Shown piece by piece: positions 58,155-64,000 of a stretch of 64,000 nucleotides of DNA. Below the pieces are notes generated by a model. It had not been told where the DNA came from and searched no databases. It worked only from the letters and a program-made list of their open reading frames with translations. A program made the position numbers and the translations under genes. Source of the DNA: Yuukianura sp. NJ FZ-2021 (Eukaryota); the NCBI GenBank assembly GCA_046563655.1, contig CM102285.1, positions 11,966,001-12,030,000 on the forward strand. Reading direction: 5' to 3'. Within the stretch, counting starts at the first letter, position 1. Every line of letters starts with the position of its first letter.

Positions 58155-59216
58155 ATGGATTTCAACAGAAGCGACATCAGCGTCCCTCCAGAATCGTCAA
58201 ACGAGCCAGTAGAATTTGAATGGACATGGGTGCTCGTCGTGTTTACAATAATCTTCACACTGATCATCCTGTTTACAGTGCTTGGAAATGCACTGGTATT
58301 GGCAGCAGTGATTCTGGACAAAACGCTTCGACGCAGTCCAACTTGCATCTTCATTGGAAACTTGGCCCTGGCGGATCTCCTAGTTGGAATTCTCGTACTT
58401 CCATGCAACGCCACGGTCCAAATCACGCTTCAATGGTACTTCGGTCTAACGTATTGCATCCTCTGGCACTGCATTCATCTTTGGCTTTGTTCAGCGTCGA
58501 TACTCTCCGTTTGTGCAATTTGCTTCGATCGGTACATCGGAGTGTCCTATCCTCTGAAACATTTCAAACTGATGCACGGACGAGTCGTTCGAGGAATCAT
58601 CGCAAGCGTTTGGATTTTGGCGTTCTGTCTTGGCGTAATTCCAGTTTTTGTGTGGCCAGAACCACAAAATCCTGATGGTTCTACCTGTAACATAAATATA
58701 CAATTTGGATTAGTTATGGTTGTCAGTTTTGGAATCTTTTACATACCAACTATTGTAATGATTTTCTTTTACGTTAAAATCTTCATGGTCGCCAAGCGAC
58801 ATCAAGCGTCACTTCGCAAATCAGAGGACAATACCTCGAGCAGTCTGGACTCCAATTCGACTTTGAGGATCCATGTTGGAAGAAGCCAGACCAGTTTGAA
58901 CCAACTGAAAGAAAACAATGGCTCGTCATGTGCCAGTACAAGAAATTTGTTTAACTTAAATTTTTCGAGACAAACGAAAGCTGCTAAACAACTTACCGTT
59001 ATTGTTGCTGCTTTTGTTTTGTGCTACTGTCCATTCTTTACTGTCTTTCTTATTGAATGCTTGCAACCGGAACTTGTTTCTCAGGCAGTATTTGACACCT
59101 TTGGTTGGCTGAGATACACGAACAGCGCCTTCAATCCAGTATTGTACGCTGCAATGTTACCTGCATTCAGAAAAGCATTTTACAAAATTCTTACTTGTAA
59201 TTGTAATAAAAAGTAG
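58155..59216 (+). CDS. Intronless biogenic-amine-receptor-like GPCR (octopamine/alpha-adrenergic-like scaffold)
   Basis: GNALV, LALADLLVG, WYFG..C, SASIL..CAICFDRY, FYIP, KAAKQL, CYCPFF, NSAFNPVLY. Single 353-aa ORF. Confidence 0.88.
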   Translation: MDFNRSDISVPPESSNEPVEFEWTWVLVVFTIIFTLIILFTVLGNALVLAAVILDKTLRRSPTCIFIGNLALADLLVGILVLPCNATVQITLQWYFGLTYCILWHCIHLWLCSASILSVCAICFDRYIGVSYPLKHFKLMHGRVVRGIIASVWILAFCLGVIPVFVWPEPQNPDGSTCNINIQFGLVMVVSFGIFYIPTIVMIFFYVKIFMVAKRHQASLRKSEDNTSSSLDSNSTLRIHVGRSQTSLNQLKENNGSSCASTRNLFNLNFSRQTKAAKQLTVIVAAFVLCYCPFFTVFLIECLQPELVSQAVFDTFGWLRYTNSAFNPVLYAAMLPAFRKAFYKILTCNCNKK

Positions 59217-59294
59217 AATAAAAATGTCATTTGTTACCTCTAAAATCTTGAGTTTGTGTAACTGTAACCCTAATTTTTGTAATTTTACCTCAAG

Positions 59295-59371
59295 TGTAAC
59301 CATCGAAGCCATTTTTGTATCCCCCGCATTGTAACCACGCGGTGGTAACGAAAATGGCGTCGGTGGTTACA
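59295..59371. repeat. Short imperfect inverted repeat (hairpin / mini-MITE)
   Basis: TGTAACCATCGAAGCCATTTT ... AAAATGGCGTCGGTGGTTACA. Confidence 0.55.
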
Positions 59372-60224
59372 ACTGATGCAATTTAGGTTTAGCTCAACCC
59401 GAATTTGAGATTCTCTTGCATTTAAATATTTAAGGATTAAATCCATGGAAGAATGGAGTGATTTATTTGAAAAAGAATATTACAAAATTCTGTTAATTAC
59501 ACCGGAGCAATTAAATACTAAACCACAATCTAGGAAAAAAGGCATAATGCTTACATCAAGATCCATAAAACACCGTCACCATTTTTTGTCTAAGCTTTGT
59601 TAAATTTTAAGAGAAAGCGTTACAATTCTTGTCTAAGCTGCTTGAAAAATTGAAACTGTTAACAACATTTAAAGTGAAACTTGTAAGAACCGACAGGGAC
59701 AGCAGTGGTCTTTTCATTATACACATTTACATGTGAGATCTTACGGAAAGCCAATAATGCATATAGCAATGACCTTGACAGGTCATTCATAAGCACCAAA
59801 ATTTTAAATTAAACTGTGGTTAAATGGAAGTATACTGCCAAATTTTGGATTTTGCCTGAAAATTCTTAAGGAATTGAACTGGTAAAGCACTAACTCTTTT
59901 AAGTTTGGTGATGGGATTAACCTTGACGTTAACTAAATAACACTCAACACAAGCAAAAGATACTTTTTACATGGAATTCACTAAGTCCCGTAAACACTTA
60001 AAAACTGGTAACGAATAATTTAGAATACTAACCCATTCCGAACAATTCACCCTTACAAATAAAAACACAATCACAAGAACTCACGTGTACTGCCAAGTAT
60101 GTCTGAATTCGTGAACGGAAGATCTCAAAGACTGTCAACCACAAGTAAAGTGTAAGAACCTAAAAGTAAGTATTGGTGTAGGAACAACAAAAACGGAACT
60201 GGGCGTGACATGATATGGAGTCTC

Positions 60225-61779
60225 TTAGAAGTCAGCTTCAAGAGTAAATTGCATTTCGACTTGCTTCGACATCACACCAGCTTTTTGGTATTCGCCAACT
60301 TTCTTCTCGAAGAAGTTAGTTTTACCGTCGAGCGAAATCTGTTCCATGAAGTCGAAGGGATTCTCGGATTTGTAAATCTAAAGAGACGAGTCAAGTTGAG
60401 ATACTTGATGCTTGGATTTTTAATTGAAGTTGAATACAAGCTAACCTTCTCACAACCGAGTTCAGCCAGGAGCCGATCGGCGACAAATTCGATGTATTTC
60501 CTCATAAGCTCACAGTTCATTCCAATCATGTCCACTGGGAGAGAGTCAGTCAAAAATTCCTGTTCGATGGAAACTGCTTCTCGGATAATTTGAATAATTC
60601 GAGATTTCTCGGGTTTATTGGCAATGTGTTTGAACATCAGGCACGCAAAATCACAGTGAAGTCCCTAAAAGAACACAAAGGTAAAGGTTTACAACTGGTG
60701 ACAATAAAATTAGTAATTTTAACCGTACCTCGTCACGAGAAATTAGTTCGTTGCTGAAAGTAAGTCCAGGCATGAGGCCTCGCTTCTTCAACCAAAAAAT
60801 TGACGCAAAGCTTCCGGAGAAGAAGATTCCTTCTACCGCTGCAAATGCGACACAACGCTCTGCAAATGAGGAATTCTTGTCTCCAATCCAAGCCAATGCC
60901 CAGTCGGCCTTCTTCTTCACGCAAGGCATTGTCTCAATTGCATTGAACAAGAAGTCACTACAAAGATTCAAACAACGATAACCTTGAAGTCGAAATTTTA
61001 ACAAACCCATAAAAGCTGCTGGAAAGCAAACATTTTTGGAAAACGTACCGTTCTTCCGGATCCTTGATGTAAGTGTCAAGTAAGAGCGAGTACATCTCCG
61101 AATGGATGTTTTCAATTGCAATCTGAAATCCATAGAAGCACCGAGCTTCAGTAACCTGCACCTCTTGGCTGAACCGTTCAACTAAATTCTCATTGACGAT
61201 CCCATCTGAAGCAGCAAAGAAGGCCAAAACGTGTGAAATGAACTTCCTTTCCTCGGGTTTCATCTTCATCCAATCCGCCATATCCTAAGTGAGAGAATCG
61301 TAATCCAAAAATTACATTCATTGTCACTGAGATTACGCTTTACACAACATGATAATCCAAAAATCTGTTCCGATTCCTTGAAGATCTGACCTTGGACAAA
61401 TCAACTTCTTCCACAGTCCAGAAAGATGCAACGGCTTTCTTGTACATTTTCCAAATATCATGGTATTCCACTGGAAAGATCACAAATCGTGACGGATTCT
61501 CGCGAAGAAGCGGTTCGTCGTCAACGTACGTCTTCGTGGCTACTTTTTCCATTGTAATCTTCCCATTCATACTGGTGACGATGGCTCCGTTTCCATTTCC
61601 AAGAATCTACACAAAAGCACAAAAAAAGCGAAATTAGAATACAAAAAGTAATATAAATAGTCGCAATTTGGGAATACAATTATTGACAAGCGTTTGGGAA
61701 TGTCTGGAGGAACATGACTTACATTCCTTGTCCAGCAATTACCAAAAAAAAACCATCTCACCTCTGTTTCTGGTGGCAT
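60225..61779 (-). CDS. RRM2: Ribonucleotide reductase small subunit, multi-exon
   Basis: [77 protein letters not shown]-terminal FTLEADF-stop. Confidence 0.95.
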
Positions 61780-62312
61780 TTTGAAGCAAGTGTCAAAGTT
61801 GAATAGAGAATGGATGAAAAATGGACAAAGAACGACAAGTGCTGCTAAAACAGATGAGTTGAAGAGAGTACTTTATTCTTGAAGTGGTTTAACCAATGTG
61901 CCGTCGTCAAGTGATCAACTGAAATGAAACTGAAAGAAAGGGTGAAATTAACGTCGACTGATCCAGGAACATGGACACAAAGGGATAAGATGACGAAACG
62001 AAGACAAAAGAAAGGAAGAAAGGAGGCAAATCAACAACAACGGTCAAAAACCGTTGTTATTGAATTGACATGGACCAAGACGCTCTGGCGCTCTCCTTTT
62101 ATGTTTCCGCTCTTTTGCAAATTTTGATTCACATCTTAAGCAATAGATACCACTAAAACTGCCATTTCGAACCATCAACGACGCCAACAATGCAAATAAA
62201 CAACAATAAGTTCAACAAACAACAACAAGCAAAACGGTAAACAAACAATCCAACAACATAAACACAACAGTAAACAGAAAATAGTAAACAACCCGCTTTT
62301 TGTTTCGTACAA

Positions 62313-62320
62313 TTTCCCGC
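62313..62320. promoter_or_regulatory. Candidate E2F site upstream of RRM2
   Basis: Exact TTTCCCGC match to TTTSSCGC about 540 bp upstream of the RRM2 ATG. RNR small-subunit genes are established E2F targets, but a motif this short can occur by chance. Confidence 0.4.
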
Positions 62321-63207
62321 AAACACGAAAATTGGCGTTTCGTTGCTTAAAAGTCGACCGAAAATTTTCTTTTCGAAAAAGTCGAAAAATTTAAGCAAAA
62401 ACTAAAAGGTTGTGGAAACGGAAACGTTGTGGAATTTTGGGAAAAGCAAACTACACTTCAGTAAGAAAAAATTTAGGCTTGAAATTTTTTGCTTTTCATT
62501 TCGCTTTACGTTCAGACATTTCGTCAATACTTTTTTTTGACTGCAGCGTTGTGATTTTCATCAACAATAATAGAATTTTGGTGTACAATTTTTGGTAAAA
62601 TGAATTGGTTTTAGTGCAATAACTTCATAAAAACTGCAATAAACAAAAGAATATGAAAAAATCTCTGGTTTTTAGCGCAGGGTGAGATGTCGGTCGTTGG
62701 TCCTTGGGAAGGCTAAGGACCTTATTGACACCATTTTCTTGATGCGAATTTCATCTTGCAAGTTTTTCTACTGAAATCTTACCTACAGGTTGTATTGCTC
62801 CTTGCTGAAGTGTTATAAAGTAGAGGTATTGCGTATTGTTGCAGATTGAATTGCAGTTTGTAGATTGCTTTTCACCTGCCCTCGAGAGATCTTCCATCTT
62901 AGCATCTCGTTCTCCGTTAAATCAATTTCATTTCCTTTTAACCCGTTCAGATTGACACTGCTTTGTTGTTGGGCTAAGTGGTGGCTACCTACTCCTCAGG
63001 TCCACCAAAGTTTACCGTTCGAGTCAACAGTAAAACCCGGTGCACAAACAACAACATGCTAAAACCCTGAAAAACAACACAGTAAAAAGCTAAATTGGAA
63101 AAGATCCAATTAGATTTTCAGGAGAAATTGAATTTTGAAGTGTGTTGGTTTAGTCTCCCAAGTTTACACTAAAGTTTTCAATTTCAGATTTTTTTTTGTT
63201 GTCGAAA

Positions 63208-64000
63208 ATGAACCGAGGACCTGCTCCAGAAGTTACCCGGATTGATTTCCGCAAGGAAGGTCACGACTCAATGGACTTTTCAAAGGTAAACATTTTCCCA
63301 GCATATTTTTTGAAATTCAATTAACGACGATTTGTTCATGTCCAACGGTTTCTTAAAAAACTAACAGAAAATTGCGTTGTTTTGAATTTTAACAAGACAG
63401 GCTAATCTGAGTTCTGCAATGTTGCAGAAAGTTGACCTTTCGAAGTGAAATGAAAGTAGAAATTGCATCTCAAACTGGTTTGCCTCATATGAAAAAAGTG
63501 TATTCTACGAAATTGTAAATGGTTTTACAGTAATATACTCTCGCGTCAAGAGATTTAGAAATTTTGTAACAATTTTTTTTTTTTTTTGCAAATTCTGAAA
63601 TGTAATTCGGGCCTTTCATGACTCACTTACGAGTTGACGCTGTGGCTTTCGTTTCATAATTTTATGGTCATAATCATCATAGATCACCTCAACATCAATT
63701 GCTCAACTTATAACGTGTAAAAACTATGCATTTTGAAGTCTGAGCAAAAGTTTTGCTTGATTTCAGCGCGTGTCCCACCTAAGATCAAGCTTCGCTTCCG
63801 GAAAAACGCTGGACATAGACTTTCGATTGCGCCAGTTAAGGGCTCTCCTGCGACTGTACCAAGACAACAATGACAGAATCCTTGAAGCCCTGCACAAAGA
63901 CATGCGCAAGTCAGAACTTGAAGCCTACTTGTACGAAGTGAGCATGATGAAAACGGATTGTCAAAATGCAATTCGATTTCTAAAGACTTGGACGAGGACA
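63208..64000 (+). CDS. Aldehyde dehydrogenase family 3 (fatty ALDH), 5' part; runs off the window (exons 63208-63285, 63767->64000)
   Basis: Absent from the ORF track. Exon 2 translates RVSHLRSSFASGKTLDIDFRLRQLRALL..ILEALHKDMRKSELEAYLYEV..LKTW, typical of the ALDH3 N-terminus. Confidence 0.85.

Noticed and set aside
62160..62300. AAC-rich tract giving a hydrophobic minus-strand ORF
   Set aside because: Low-complexity sequence in the RRM2/ALDH3 divergent promoter region, with no splice or homology support.
50232..64000. DUF962/Mpo1-like gene plus ALDH3 as a sphingolipid alpha-oxidation cluster
   Set aside because: They are ~12.5 kb apart with six unrelated genes between them. Nothing suggests more than chance proximity.

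Overview
Eukaryotic, gene-dense, AT-rich window with many short (about 60-90 bp) GT-AG introns. Arginine kinases and a gustatory receptor point to an invertebrate, most likely a compact arthropod genome (springtail-like; the taxon cannot be proven from sequence). I reconstructed about 20 genes by eye: HINT3, ENOSF1, two tandem threonine aldolases, WDR7, THOC5, a ~1270-aa Cys/Pro-rich orphan, three paralogous MARVEL-like 4-TM genes, a Cys-loop chloride-channel subunit, gamma-syntrophin, two tandem arginine kinases, a DUF962 gene, two GPCRs, a gustatory receptor, RRM2 and the 5' end of an ALDH3. Main observations: (1) a 1.6-kb non-coding Foldback-type element with modular tandem-repeat arms and a clean target-site duplication lies inside the Cys-loop exon of an otherwise intact channel gene; (2) a Sola-like DDD transposon with an AATT TSD lies in an intron of threonine aldolase 2; (3) a microbial-type DUF962 gene with a spliceosomal intron is a candidate horizontal transfer; (4) the HINT3 and ENOSF1 stop codons are 3 bp apart on opposite strands; (5) an aminergic-type GPCR has Asp3.32 replaced by His. 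All exon boundaries are manual readings, not transcript-verified, and family assignments are from recalled motifs, not database searches.
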